A DNA stretch of 64,000 nt from an uncultured SAR116 cluster alpha proteobacterium (lineage in GTDB: Bacteria > Pseudomonadota > Alphaproteobacteria > Puniceispirillales > Marisalimonadaceae). Location: the NCBI GenBank assembly GCA_902514865.1, contig CABXSI010000001.1, positions 228-64,227 on the forward strand. The letters are read 5' to 3'. Both the position numbers and the translations under genes were made by a program. The stretch's first letter is position 1, and each line of letters starts with the position of its first letter. Shown one piece after another: positions 40,042-50,078 of this stretch. The notes under the pieces were generated by a model that made no database searches, was not told the origin of the DNA, and saw only the letters and a list, made by a program, of their open reading frames with translations.

Positions 40042-41184
40042 ATGTTTATAACAAATAACCAACCTACAATTCTATATAAATATTTAACTAAGGATATTTT
40101 AAAATATTTTTTATTTGTTTTGTTTGCACTTATAATATTAATCTTTTTCATTGATATTATCGAATTATTTAGACGTTCTTCAAACAAAGCGCTGGTAAGT
40201 AATCTTGTAAAAGCTGATGTTTTCGACATTATCAGTATGGCCTTGTTTAAAATATGTGAAAATATTCAAAAAATTTTACCATTTGCTGTTTTGATTGGAT
40301 CTATAGCATGTTTTAACCAATGGCGAAAAAAAAACTATTACATTGTTTGCAAAACTTCAGGAATTTCTCTCTGGAAAATACTTTCTCCAATATTAGTCTC
40401 TTTTTTTTTAATAGGCCTGATTTCTCTAATAATATTAAATCCTTTTGCAATTCTTTTAAGTAAAAAATTTGACCACTTACAATCTATTTACTTTGGCCAA
40501 AAAAATTTGAAAACATTATCTTTTGATACAAAAGGTTTTTGGATAAAACAAATTTCAAAGGGATCATATTTGTTAATTAATGCTAATAAAATAAACGAAA
40601 ATTTAAACACTTTATTAAACGTAAATATCTTTGTTTATGATCATAATAAAAATTTTGAAAAAAGAATCTTTGCAAATAAAGCAGTATTTTCTGAACAACA
40701 GCTAGATCTTTTTGAAGGTCGTTTGACAAAAAAAAATTCAGAATTAAAAATTTTCAACAAACTAACTTTATTTATAAAATCTAATCCAAAAAATTTAAAT
40801 GTTGCTACTATAGAACCTGGGAAAATATTTATATTTGATTTTCCAAGATACCTAAAACAAATGAAACAATATGGATTAAATATATCTGAACATTTGTTAT
40901 ACTTTTTTAAATTGATATGCCAGCCATTTTTGATTTTATCAATGATTTTACTTTCAGCATCCTTAATGTTAAGGAGTACTGAAAGAAAAGTTGAGGTTGG
41001 TATTGTCTCACTTTCACTAGTAGTTGGGTTTAGTTTATATTTTATTGGAGATTTTATCTTTGCTTTAGGTTCCTCTCAAAAACTACCACCATTACTATCT
41101 GGGTTTGGACCAACACTAATTGGTTTGTTTGCAGGTTGTTATTTAACCAGTGACATTGACGAAGCCAAAATAAAAAAAGTATAA
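40042..41184 (+). CDS. lptG: LPS export ABC permease LptG
   Basis: YL......F, D..ELFRR, LPFAVLIG, SG.S.W.IL.P, FWIKQ, LG....LPP.L. Confidence 0.85.
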   Translation: MFITNNQPTILYKYLTKDILKYFLFVLFALIILIFFIDIIELFRRSSNKALVSNLVKADVFDIISMALFKICENIQKILPFAVLIGSIACFNQWRKKNYYIVCKTSGISLWKILSPILVSFFLIGLISLIILNPFAILLSKKFDHLQSIYFGQKNLKTLSFDTKGFWIKQISKGSYLLINANKINENLNTLLNVNIFVYDHNKNFEKRIFANKAVFSEQQLDLFEGRLTKKNSELKIFNKLTLFIKSNPKNLNVATIEPGKIFIFDFPRYLKQMKQYGLNISEHLLYFFKLICQPFLILSMILLSASLMLRSTERKVEVGIVSLSLVVGFSLYFIGDFIFALGSSQKLPPLLSGFGPTLIGLFAGCYLTSDIDEAKIKKV

Positions 41185-41193
41185 GGATTAAAG

Positions 41194-42465
41194 GTGAATA
41201 ATATAATTAAACAATTTTTAAAATTGAAATTATTATTAATCATAAATATTATGTGTTGTAATATTTTTCTTTCCAATGCATTTAGCAGTGAAAATTTTGT
41301 AGTTATCACTGTTAATAAAATACCAATTACCAAAAATGATATTGTAAATCGTGCAAAGCTACTTTCATTTTCAATTGAGAATAACAATGATTTTAAAAAG
41401 TTACAAAACTATTATAATCAATCACTTAAATCTTTAATTAACGAAAAAATTATTTTTTCTGCAGGTCTTAAAATAAATAAAAATATTATTGAAATGGTTG
41501 CCCCTAAAGCCAATCAATTACTTTTAAATGAATTTAACAATTCTAAAGAAAAATTAAGCTCGTTTATAAATTATATATCTGTACCAAAAGCTAAATTATT
41601 AGAAAAATACGAATCTCAATTAGTGTGGGGCATTGTTCTAAAAAATAAATTTAAGAACCAATTATTAAAACTAGATAAGATAGTAGAAAATAATATTAAA
41701 AACCAAAAAAAAAGAAAGACTGAAGATCTTTATGATTTAGCAGAAATCGTAATAAGTAGAAATAATAATGAAATTTTACTTAATCAAATTAAATCTGCTT
41801 TGAAAAGTGGTGTTAATTTTTTAGATTTAGCATCAAAATTATCTATAAGTAGTTCAGCAAAGTTTAAAGGAAAAGTAGGATGGAAAAATTATCAAAGTTT
41901 GCCAAAGTATATAAGATCAAAAAAAATTAATTTGAATGAGGGTGATATTATTAGTTTCCCAACAAAAGACAAAATTAAAATTATTAAGATACTCGCTAAA
42001 AGATTGAATGGACAATTTAGTAAAAAAGAAACAAATGTCATTCTTGGGCGAATAAAATTTCCTATAAACTTTCAAAAAAAAGATGAAGCTTTCAACAAAA
42101 TAAAATTTGCTGTTGAAGATTTATTAACAAGTAAAAAAACTTGTAATAATTTAAATATGATTAAAGACCAAAACAATGATTTAAGTATAAATATTATAAA
42201 ATCAAGAATGGCAGATATGAGTACAAAAATACAAAATGTAGTTGAAAATATTGATTTATATAAAATATCACAACCATTATTTTTTGGTAATTTTGGATAT
42301 ACTTTCATTAAATGTGACGTTAAAAAACCACGACCAAATAAAAAAACATTTTTAGAGTTGAAAAATAAAATGATGCAAAAACATTATTTAATTATCAGTG
42401 AAAGATATTTAAAACGTCTGCACAAGGAGGCTATAATATCTAACATCAAAAATTTGAATAAATAA
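41194..42465 (+). CDS. surA: SurA-like periplasmic chaperone/PPIase
   Basis: Signal peptide, VN..PIT..DI..R, LINEK, F..LA...S...SA...G.VGW, YL.RL...A.I; precedes pdxA-rsmA. Confidence 0.75.
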   Translation: MNNIIKQFLKLKLLLIINIMCCNIFLSNAFSSENFVVITVNKIPITKNDIVNRAKLLSFSIENNNDFKKLQNYYNQSLKSLINEKIIFSAGLKINKNIIEMVAPKANQLLLNEFNNSKEKLSSFINYISVPKAKLLEKYESQLVWGIVLKNKFKNQLLKLDKIVENNIKNQKKRKTEDLYDLAEIVISRNNNEILLNQIKSALKSGVNFLDLASKLSISSSAKFKGKVGWKNYQSLPKYIRSKKINLNEGDIISFPTKDKIKIIKILAKRLNGQFSKKETNVILGRIKFPINFQKKDEAFNKIKFAVEDLLTSKKTCNNLNMIKDQNNDLSINIIKSRMADMSTKIQNVVENIDLYKISQPLFFGNFGYTFIKCDVKKPRPNKKTFLELKNKMMQKHYLIISERYLKRLHKEAIISNIKNLNK

Positions 42466-42474
42466 ATAGTTTAA

Positions 42475-43482
42475 ATGATCTCTATGAAAAAAGTAATTCT
42501 AATCTCCGCTGGTGATCCTGACAGTATTTCAACAGAAATTACTATTAAAGCAATTCAAAATTCTAAAATAAACAAAAACATAAAACCCATAGTCATAACT
42601 AATTCAAAATTAATTGAGGATTGTAAAAAAAATATTAAAAGTAAAATTGAATTAAATGAAATTGAAGATAATGTTAATTTCTCTGACTTTAAGGAAAATT
42701 TTTTAAATATTCTTTCTATAAAATTACCAGATGATAATATTTTAGGAAATCGAGATATTAAATTTTCATCTTTTATACAAAATTCAATTATTACATGTGT
42801 TAAAACTGAAATGAATAGTGTTGCTTCAGCAATTGTTACAAATCCTATAAATAAAAATATGATGTATAGGTCAGGATTTAATTTTCAAGGACATACAGAT
42901 TTTCTCGCGTCACTATCAAAATACAAAAAAAATCCAGTCATGATGTTGGTTAACAATGAACTAAAAACAATCCCATTAACAATTCATGTTCCTCTTAAAA
43001 ATGTTCCAAGGCTTATTACTAAAAATCTTATTGCACTTACAATAAATATAGCAAAAGAAAGCTTGGTTTCTCTATTTAATATACCCAAACCTAGAATAAT
43101 TGTTACAGGATTAAATCCTCATGCAGGTGAAAATGGTGATATAGGTGATGAAGAGAAAACAATAATTGTTCCGGCAATTAATGAAGCCAAAAAAATACAA
43201 AATTGTTTTGTAGAAGGACCTATTTCAGCAGACACTGCTTTCTCGTCAGAAAGAAGAAAAGATTATGATGTTGCTATTTGTATGTACCATGATCAAGCTC
43301 TTATACCTATTAAAACATTAAATTTTTTCACCGGAGTAAATGTAACTTTGGGTTTAGATTTCATTCGAACTTCACCTGATCACGGTACTGGATTTGATAT
43401 TGCAGGCAAGAATATTGCTAACCCTGATAGTTTAATAGCAGCAATAAATCTTGCTTATGAAATGAGTATAAATAAAAAATGA
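42475..43482 (+). CDS. pdxA: 4-hydroxythreonine-4-phosphate dehydrogenase
   Basis: GDP, T.PINK, GHTDFL, LNPHAGE, MYHDQ, RTSPDHGT. Confidence 0.96.
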   Translation: MISMKKVILISAGDPDSISTEITIKAIQNSKINKNIKPIVITNSKLIEDCKKNIKSKIELNEIEDNVNFSDFKENFLNILSIKLPDDNILGNRDIKFSSFIQNSIITCVKTEMNSVASAIVTNPINKNMMYRSGFNFQGHTDFLASLSKYKKNPVMMLVNNELKTIPLTIHVPLKNVPRLITKNLIALTINIAKESLVSLFNIPKPRIIVTGLNPHAGENGDIGDEEKTIIVPAINEAKKIQNCFVEGPISADTAFSSERRKDYDVAICMYHDQALIPIKTLNFFTGVNVTLGLDFIRTSPDHGTGFDIAGKNIANPDSLIAAINLAYEMSINKK

Positions 43483-44306
43483 ATGATAATGATTTACAAT
43501 TACCTACAATAAAAGAAACTTTAAAAAGAAATAATGTTAAAATTAATAAATCTCTTGGTCAAAACTTTTTGTTTGATTTAAACCTTACAGATAAAATTGT
43601 AAAAAATTCTGAACCAATTTGTCCTACTGTGATAGAAATTGGGCCTGGTCCAGGAGGTTTAACTAGGTCAATTTTAAAAAAAAAACCTACCGTTCTATAT
43701 ACCATAGACAAAGATAAACAATCAGAAAAAATGTTAAATGACGTTAAAGCAATATATAAAGATAATCTCATTATAATTACTGATGATGCTCTTCATTATC
43801 CTATATGGGAATTGGGTGAATCACCAAGACAGGTCATAGCCAATCTACCTTATAATACTGGAACAAAAATGTTATTATCATGGTTGAAACATATCCAACA
43901 TTTTGATTTACTTACCTTAATGTTTCAAAAAGAAGTTGCAGATAGGATAATAGCTAAACCAGGATCTAAAAATTACGGTAGATTATCAATTTTAACAAAT
44001 TGGTTAACAAAAAGTAAAAAGTTATTTGATATTCCTAATGAAGCCTTCATACCTAGGCCAAAAATTACGTCTAGTGTAATACAATTAAAACCATTACAAA
44101 AACCTTTGTATGACGTATCTTTCGAGTCTATCGAAAAAGTCACACAAATGACTTTCAGCCAAAGACGTAAAATGATTAAAACAAGTTTAAAGACAGTTAA
44201 TGGACAAATAATTTTAAAAGAGCTAAACATCTCACCTAATCTAAGACCCGAAAACTTATCTATTATTGAATTTTGCAAAATAGCTAAAAAATTATATGAA
44301 AAGTAA
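43479..44306 (+). CDS. rsmA: 16S rRNA m6,2A dimethyltransferase
   Basis: KSLGQNFL, EIGPGPGGLT, ANLPYN, MFQKEVA, YGRLS. Confidence 0.97.
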   Translation: MNDNDLQLPTIKETLKRNNVKINKSLGQNFLFDLNLTDKIVKNSEPICPTVIEIGPGPGGLTRSILKKKPTVLYTIDKDKQSEKMLNDVKAIYKDNLIIITDDALHYPIWELGESPRQVIANLPYNTGTKMLLSWLKHIQHFDLLTLMFQKEVADRIIAKPGSKNYGRLSILTNWLTKSKKLFDIPNEAFIPRPKITSSVIQLKPLQKPLYDVSFESIEKVTQMTFSQRRKMIKTSLKTVNGQIILKELNISPNLRPENLSIIEFCKIAKKLYEK

Positions 44307-44315
44307 TTAAAAAAT

Positions 44316-44939
44316 TTATTTAAGATTATCAACAAATATATTTAAATTTAATTGTCTATATCTGCGTAATCTCTCAGAAAAAAGAATTGATTTAATCTGA
44401 TTAACTGCTTTTTCTATTTCATTATTAATAATGACAAAATCATATTCAGTATAATGACTTATTTCTTTTCTAGCCTCAGACATTCTTTTTAAAAAATTTT
44501 TTTTATCTTCACTTGCTCTTTTACCAAGTCTATTTTCAAGCTCCTTGATTGATGGAGGTAAGATAAATACTTTGACAATATCATTAGGTATATGTTTTTG
44601 TATCTGTCTTGTTCCCTGCCAATCTATATCCACTATTATGTCAATTCCTTTTTCAATTTTTGAAATCACTTCTCTTTTTAAGGTTCCATAAGAAAAACCA
44701 AAAACATTTGCATTTTCCAAAAATTCCTTATTATTTTCCATAATTCTAAATTCTTTATCACTTCTAAAAAAATAATCTTTACCATCAATTTCATTTTTTC
44801 TTTTTTGACGAGTGGTTACTGAAACAGAAAGATCAATACTATCAATTTCTTCAATTATTTTTTTACATATAGTTGTTTTGCCAGCTCCAGAGGGAGATGA
44901 AATTACTAATACAAAACCTCTTCGGAAATTATTATTCAT
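44316..44939 (-). CDS. gmk: Guanylate kinase
   Basis: SSPSGAGKTT, SVSVTTR, DGKDYFF, DIDWQG, FILPPS. Confidence 0.97.
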   Translation of the reverse strand: MNNNFRRGFVLVISSPSGAGKTTICKKIIEEIDSIDLSVSVTTRQKRKNEIDGKDYFFRSDKEFRIMENNKEFLENANVFGFSYGTLKREVISKIEKGIDIIVDIDWQGTRQIQKHIPNDIVKVFILPPSIKELENRLGKRASEDKKNFLKRMSEARKEISHYTEYDFVIINNEIEKAVNQIKSILFSERLRRYRQLNLNIFVDNLK

Positions 44940-44941
44940 TA

Positions 44942-45907
44942 TTAATCCTTGTTAAAACTATTTTTCCATAGCTTAATATTTTTCTTATGTAAACTATATG
45001 TTTCAGAAAATCTATGTCCTCCTCTACCGTTACTAACAAAATAAAAAAAATTTGTTTTTTCAACAAACTTCAGTGAGTTCAAGGCGCTTTCACCTGGATA
45101 TGATATAGGTGTTGGTGGTAAACCTTTATGATAATATGTGTTAAAAGGATTATCTGATTTTAACATTTTTTTTGTAATTTTCTTGCCGTTTATATTAAAA
45201 CCATATGCTAAAGTTACGTCAGATTGTAACTTCATATTGTTTTCAAGCCTATTAATAAAAACACTCGCAACAAGTCTACGATCATTCCGATTACTAGCTT
45301 CACTTTGTATAATTGATGCTAAAATTAATAATTCGTGTTTATTTTTTATAATAAAATTTTTAGGTTTATATTTCCAAATATTATCTAAAATTTTATCTTG
45401 AGCTAATCTCATACGTTCTAATAATTTATTTCTAGAATACCCATATTTAAAGTAATAAGTGTCAGGTTTATATATGCCTTCTTGTAAAGATTTTATTTTT
45501 CCCGATAAATATGGGTTTTGTAATAAACTTTTCTCTAAATTGTCTGATGTTGCACCCTCAATAAGTTTAAAACTTCTTACAATTGTTTTTTCATTTTGAA
45601 AAATATTTTGTATATCTTGTATAGTAGAGTTTTTTTTGATTAAATATTCACCAGCTTTAGGAACAAAATGATCATCACGGATTAATGATATAATCCTCCA
45701 TTTAAAATATTCTATATTAATATTTTTAAACTTGAGTTGTTTTAAAATTTGCTCTTGGTTCGTGTTTTTTTTTAACAAATAATAAGTGTCTTGAAAAACT
45801 ATCTGTTGTATTTTTGCATTTTCTACGTAAAGAAAGCTTATACATATAAAAAAACATTTGAAAATTATTAATAGAAAAAGTTTATTTCTTGATATCAATC
45901 TGAACAA
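44942..45907 (-). CDS. mltG: Endolytic murein transglycosylase
   Basis: KAGEY, PDTY, LASIIQSE catalytic Glu, NRL...MKLQSD.T, P.NTY...GLPPTPI; start uncertain. Confidence 0.9.
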   Translation of the reverse strand: MFRLISRNKLFLLIIFKCFFICISFLYVENAKIQQIVFQDTYYLLKKNTNQEQILKQLKFKNINIEYFKWRIISLIRDDHFVPKAGEYLIKKNSTIQDIQNIFQNEKTIVRSFKLIEGATSDNLEKSLLQNPYLSGKIKSLQEGIYKPDTYYFKYGYSRNKLLERMRLAQDKILDNIWKYKPKNFIIKNKHELLILASIIQSEASNRNDRRLVASVFINRLENNMKLQSDVTLAYGFNINGKKITKKMLKSDNPFNTYYHKGLPPTPISYPGESALNSLKFVEKTNFFYFVSNGRGGHRFSETYSLHKKNIKLWKNSFNKD

Positions 45908-47163
45908 CTGATAACGAGGCTGGCATTTGTACCGCCAAAACCAAAGGAATTAGATAGAACGTTTTTAACATTTCTTTTTTTTGAAAGAATTGGAACTAAA
46001 TCAAATTCTGCTGCTTCTCTATCAGGCGTTATCAAATTATTAGTGGGAGGAACAGTTTGATTTATAATTGATAAAATTGAATAAATGGCCTCAATTGCAC
46101 CAGCTGCACCTAGAAGATGTCCAGTGGCTGATTTAGTTGAACTAATACTTACATTTTCTGTTTTATGGTTAAGTAACCTGCCTATTGCTTTTAATTCAAT
46201 CACATCTCCAAGTGGCGTTGAAGTTCCGTGAGCATTAATATAATCAAGTGCAGAACTATTTATTTTTGCATCATTTAAAGCCAATTTCATAGCTCTATAA
46301 CCCCCATCACCATTTTCAGCAGGGGCAGTAATATGATGAGCATCTCCTGACAAACCATAACCTTTTATTTCAGCATATATTTTAGCTCCTCTGGCGATGG
46401 CGTGATCTCTTTCTTCTAAAACTACAACACCAGAACCTTCTCCCATAACGAAACCATCTCTATCTTGATCCCAAGGCCTAGAACTTGATATAGGGTCATT
46501 ATTAAATTTAGTACTTAAAGCTCTAGCTGCGGCAAATCCTGCCATACCAATACGGCAGCAAGCAGCTTCTGCTCCACCTGCAACCATTACATCAGCATCA
46601 CCATATCTTATTATTCTTGATGCATCACCAATAGCATGAGCACCTGTTGAGCATGCGGTAACAACCGAATGATTTGGTCCTTTAAAACCATACCTAATAC
46701 TGACTTGACCAGATAATAAGTTAATTAGCGCAGAAGGTATAAAAAATGGGCTAACTTTCCTAGGTCCTTTTGAGCTTAGTAATTCGGTGGTTTTAGCTAT
46801 TGTTTCAAGACCACCTATTCCCGAACCTAGAATTACTCCTGTCCTATTTTTTTCATTTTCATTTTTTGGTTTCCAACCAGAATGTTCTACAGCCTGTATA
46901 GCTGAAATTATCCCATAAGCTATAAACCTGTCAATACGCTTATATTCTCTTGGCTCTATCCAATTGTCTAAATCTAAACCTCCCTCCTTGTCTTCAAGAT
47001 ACGAAGGTATTTGTCCAGCTATTTTACAAGGTAAATCCAAAACATCAAAATCATTTATTTTGTTTATGCCAACAGTGCCTGAAATTAGTCTATTCCAGTT
47101 AAGCTCAACACCAACTCCTAAGGGGGTTAACAAGCCTAGTCCAGTAACAACGACCCGACGCAT
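45895..47163 (-). CDS. fabF: 3-oxoacyl-ACP synthase II
   Basis: RRVVVTGLG, TACSTG, NAHGTST, GHLLGAAG, NSFGFGG. Confidence 0.97.
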   Translation of the reverse strand: MRRVVVTGLGLLTPLGVGVELNWNRLISGTVGINKINDFDVLDLPCKIAGQIPSYLEDKEGGLDLDNWIEPREYKRIDRFIAYGIISAIQAVEHSGWKPKNENEKNRTGVILGSGIGGLETIAKTTELLSSKGPRKVSPFFIPSALINLLSGQVSIRYGFKGPNHSVVTACSTGAHAIGDASRIIRYGDADVMVAGGAEAACCRIGMAGFAAARALSTKFNNDPISSSRPWDQDRDGFVMGEGSGVVVLEERDHAIARGAKIYAEIKGYGLSGDAHHITAPAENGDGGYRAMKLALNDAKINSSALDYINAHGTSTPLGDVIELKAIGRLLNHKTENVSISSTKSATGHLLGAAGAIEAIYSILSIINQTVPPTNNLITPDREAAEFDLVPILSKKRNVKNVLSNSFGFGGTNASLVISCSD

Positions 47164-47206
47164 CAAAAACTCCTAACATTTAATCGAGCAACAAACTTAG
47201 AGTATA

Positions 47207-47440
47207 TTAGCTATTTGAGGAAATAAAGTCTATTGCATCTTTAACAGTTTGAATTTTTTCAGCTGCGTCATCAGGTATTTCGCACTCAAACTCTTCTTCA
47301 AACGCCATAACTAGTTCAACAGTATCTAAGCTATCCGCACCTAAATCATCTATAAAACTTGCACTATCTACCACCTTAGATTCTTCGACCCCAAGATGCT
47401 CAACTACAATTTTTGTTACTCTGCCAGCTATGTCACTCAT
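47207..47440 (-). CDS. acpP: Acyl carrier protein
   Basis: [20 protein letters not shown]. Confidence 0.98.
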   Translation of the reverse strand: MSDIAGRVTKIVVEHLGVEESKVVDSASFIDDLGADSLDTVELVMAFEEEFECEIPDDAAEKIQTVKDAIDFISSNS

Positions 47441-47543
47441 TAAATTCCCCTTTAGTTTAATATAAATTCATATCAATTATGAGTTTCGAGTAACATAAAT
47501 ATGTATCAATGCCAAGCATATTATCATGTTAATATAAAAAATT

Positions 47544-48281
47544 CTAAATCATATTCATTCCACCATTAATATGCAATGTGGTACCAGTTATAAAACCTGC
47601 TTCATCACTAGCTAAGTAAACACAACCATTTGAAATATCTTCAACATTTCCTAATCGATTAACAGGTATATTAATTAATATATTTTTTCTCTGTTCGTCG
47701 GAAAGTTTATCAGTCATAGGAGTAGAAATAAATCCTGGTGCAATAATGTTACAAGTAATACCTCGACTAGCAACTTCTAGAGCTATTGATTTTGTAAAGC
47801 CTACCAAAGCTGATTTAGAAGCAGCGTAATTACTTTGACCTGAATTTCCAGTGTATCCAACAATAGAACTTATGGATATAACTCTTCCAGATCTTCTTCT
47901 CAACATTCCTTTAATAACTTGCCTTGTTAACCTCATAGGTGCTGATAAATTTATATTTATAACCTTATCCCATTCTTCATCTTTCATTCTTAAAAAAATA
48001 TTATCAGCTGTAATACCAGCATTATTTATCAATATATCAATCTGACCAAAACTATCTTCAGCTTTTTGTGCTAATTTTAAGATGTCATCTTTACAATTTA
48101 GGTTTGTGGCAATTGTTTTAACATCATCGCCTAATTCTAATGCTAAATCGCTTAGAACAGTCTTTTTTGTCCCTGAAAGAATTAGTTTAGCTCCACTTAA
48201 TTTCATTTTTTTTGCTATCGACATCCCAATACCACCTGTAGCACCTGTTATTAGGGCTACTTTACCTGTTAATTCAAACAT
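47544..48281 (-). CDS. fabG: 3-oxoacyl-ACP reductase
   Basis: TGATGGIG, NNAGIT.D, GQSNYAASK; position in the fab cluster. Confidence 0.96.
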   Translation of the reverse strand: MFELTGKVALITGATGGIGMSIAKKMKLSGAKLILSGTKKTVLSDLALELGDDVKTIATNLNCKDDILKLAQKAEDSFGQIDILINNAGITADNIFLRMKDEEWDKVININLSAPMRLTRQVIKGMLRRRSGRVISISSIVGYTGNSGQSNYAASKSALVGFTKSIALEVASRGITCNIIAPGFISTPMTDKLSDEQRKNILINIPVNRLGNVEDISNGCVYLASDEAGFITGTTLHINGGMNMI

Positions 48282-48299
48282 TCAATTCTCCATCATAAT

Positions 48300-49229
48300 T
48301 TATATAAAATTTTTGCAATCTTCTGTGTTTTCAATATTAATAGTTACAATGTTTTTAATCATTCTTTTTGCAATACCTGTCAGAACTTTTCCACTACCTA
48401 ATTCTATAATTTTTTTAACACCTTTCTTTTCCGCAAATTCCATAGTCTCTCGCCACCTTACAGTTCCAGTAACTTGATTGATTAAATTTTTTCTCAATTT
48501 ATCTGGATTAATTTCAGGTGAAACATTGATATTTGATATAACTGGTACAAGAGGTGTTTTAAGATTTAATTTATTAAGAGCTTCTTCCATAATTATTTGA
48601 GCAGGCTTCATCAATCGACAATGAAATGGAGCGCTTACCGGAAGAAGTAAAGCCTTTTTAATTCCTAAATCTTTCGAAAGTTTCATTGCATTTTCAACTG
48701 CTAATATATCACCACTTATTACGACTTGACCTTGAGAATTATCATTGGCAATGTCACAAACGCCATAACACTTTACCTCATCTATAACCTTTATGACCGT
48801 TTCAATATTTGTACCAATTAATGCAGCCATGGCCCCTTTTCCAATTGGAACCGCTTTTTGCATTGCATCGCCTCTTAATCTTAATAAAGTGGCACATTGA
48901 TCTAGAGAAAAGACTTCTGCAGCAGTCATAGCTGAGTATTCTCCTAGAGAATGTCCACAAACGTAACATGCTAAATCAGACAGTTTTTTATTAGTAATTT
49001 TATTTAAAACTCTTAGAGAAGCTATACTACATGCCATCAATGCAGGTTGTGCATTAGAAGTTAAGGCAATTTCTTTATCTGTGCCTTCCCACATAACTCT
49101 TGTTAAGTTGAAGTTTAAAGCATCATTTACTTCTTCAAAAACTTGTTTAGCTTCAGTAAAATTATCTGATAATTCTTTACCCATCCCAATCTTCTGGGAT
49201 CCTTGCCCTGGAAAAACAATAATATTCAT
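48300..49229 (-). CDS. fabD: Malonyl-CoA:ACP transacylase
   Basis: FPGQGSQ, GHSLGEY, VSAPFH. Confidence 0.97.
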   Translation of the reverse strand: MNIIVFPGQGSQKIGMGKELSDNFTEAKQVFEEVNDALNFNLTRVMWEGTDKEIALTSNAQPALMACSIASLRVLNKITNKKLSDLACYVCGHSLGEYSAMTAAEVFSLDQCATLLRLRGDAMQKAVPIGKGAMAALIGTNIETVIKVIDEVKCYGVCDIANDNSQGQVVISGDILAVENAMKLSKDLGIKKALLLPVSAPFHCRLMKPAQIIMEEALNKLNLKTPLVPVISNINVSPEINPDKLRKNLINQVTGTVRWRETMEFAEKKGVKKIIELGSGKVLTGIAKRMIKNIVTINIENTEDCKNFI

Positions 49230-49341
49230 TTTAAGTCCCTACAAACCCTGAAATTTGTTTATTTATTTATTGCATATTTATAATAAACATTTATGTTGCA
49301 CATTAATTTAAATTACTAGCATAAAATTTATTATTTATGTA

Positions 49342-49405
49342 CTCCTTGCCAGATAATTTAATTTATCTGGCTAACCTTGGAAAAGTTCCAAAAAGCCATA
49401 AGGAG
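49342..49405 (+). ncRNA. Putative rpsF (S6:S18) autoregulatory leader
   Basis: CTCCTTG (49342-48) can pair with the SD TAAGGAG (49399-405); internal hairpins GCCAGATAA/TTATCTGGC and TTGGAA/TTCCAA; CCA just 5' of the SD helix. Confidence 0.65.
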
Positions 49406-49411
49406 ATAAAG

Positions 49412-49798
49412 ATGGCATTATACGAGAGTGTTATAATAGGAAGACAAGACTTAACACCCAATCAATTCGAAGATTTAGTTGAAGGGTTCATTAAAATAAT
49501 AGAGGATTTTAAGGGTGTAATAAAAAAACGAGAAGTTTGGGGGCTTAGAAATCTTGCTTATAAGATTAGTAAAAATAGAAAAGGCCATTACATACTTTTA
49601 AATATTGACAGTTCTTCTGATGCAATTGTTGAGTATGAAAGACTAATGAGGTTAAATGAAGATATTATTAGATTTTTGACAATTCGTATTAATAAGATTG
49701 ATGAAAAATCATCACCTTTAATGAACAATAAATCTGATCGTTATAAAAATGAGATTGTTAATTCAGAAACAGATAAATCAACTAACGAAGAAGTATAG
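49412..49798 (+). CDS. rpsF: 30S ribosomal protein S6
   Basis: [28 protein letters not shown]; true start ATG 49412 after AAGGAG (the ORF-track start lies inside the leader). Confidence 0.96.
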   Translation: MALYESVIIGRQDLTPNQFEDLVEGFIKIIEDFKGVIKKREVWGLRNLAYKISKNRKGHYILLNIDSSSDAIVEYERLMRLNEDIIRFLTIRINKIDEKSSPLMNNKSDRYKNEIVNSETDKSTNEEV

Positions 49799-49809
49799 GT
49801 AACATTAAA

Positions 49810-50064
49810 ATGACACAACTTAATATAAAACGAGAAGCTCTAAGAAAGCCAAATCAAAAAAAAAGAAAATCATGTCCATTTTCTGACCCTAACTCTCCTG
49901 AAATAGATTATAAAGATTTAAAAGTGCTAACTAGATACGTATCTGAAAGAGGTAAGATTATACCATCTAGAATTTCTGCTGTTTCAGCAAAAAAACAACG
50001 TGAACTTTCTAAAGCTATTAAAAGAGCAAGATTTTTAGCATTAATGCCTTATGTAGTTGGTTAG
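49810..50064 (+). CDS. rpsR: 30S ribosomal protein S18
   Basis: [39 protein letters not shown]. Confidence 0.98.
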   Translation: MTQLNIKREALRKPNQKKRKSCPFSDPNSPEIDYKDLKVLTRYVSERGKIIPSRISAVSAKKQRELSKAIKRARFLALMPYVVG

Positions 50065-50078
50065 ACTAGGAGAATATA

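Noticed and set aside
49337-49411. N-terminal extension of RpsF in the ORF track
   Set aside because: The real start is ATG 49412 with an AAGGAG SD; the upstream part is a structured leader.
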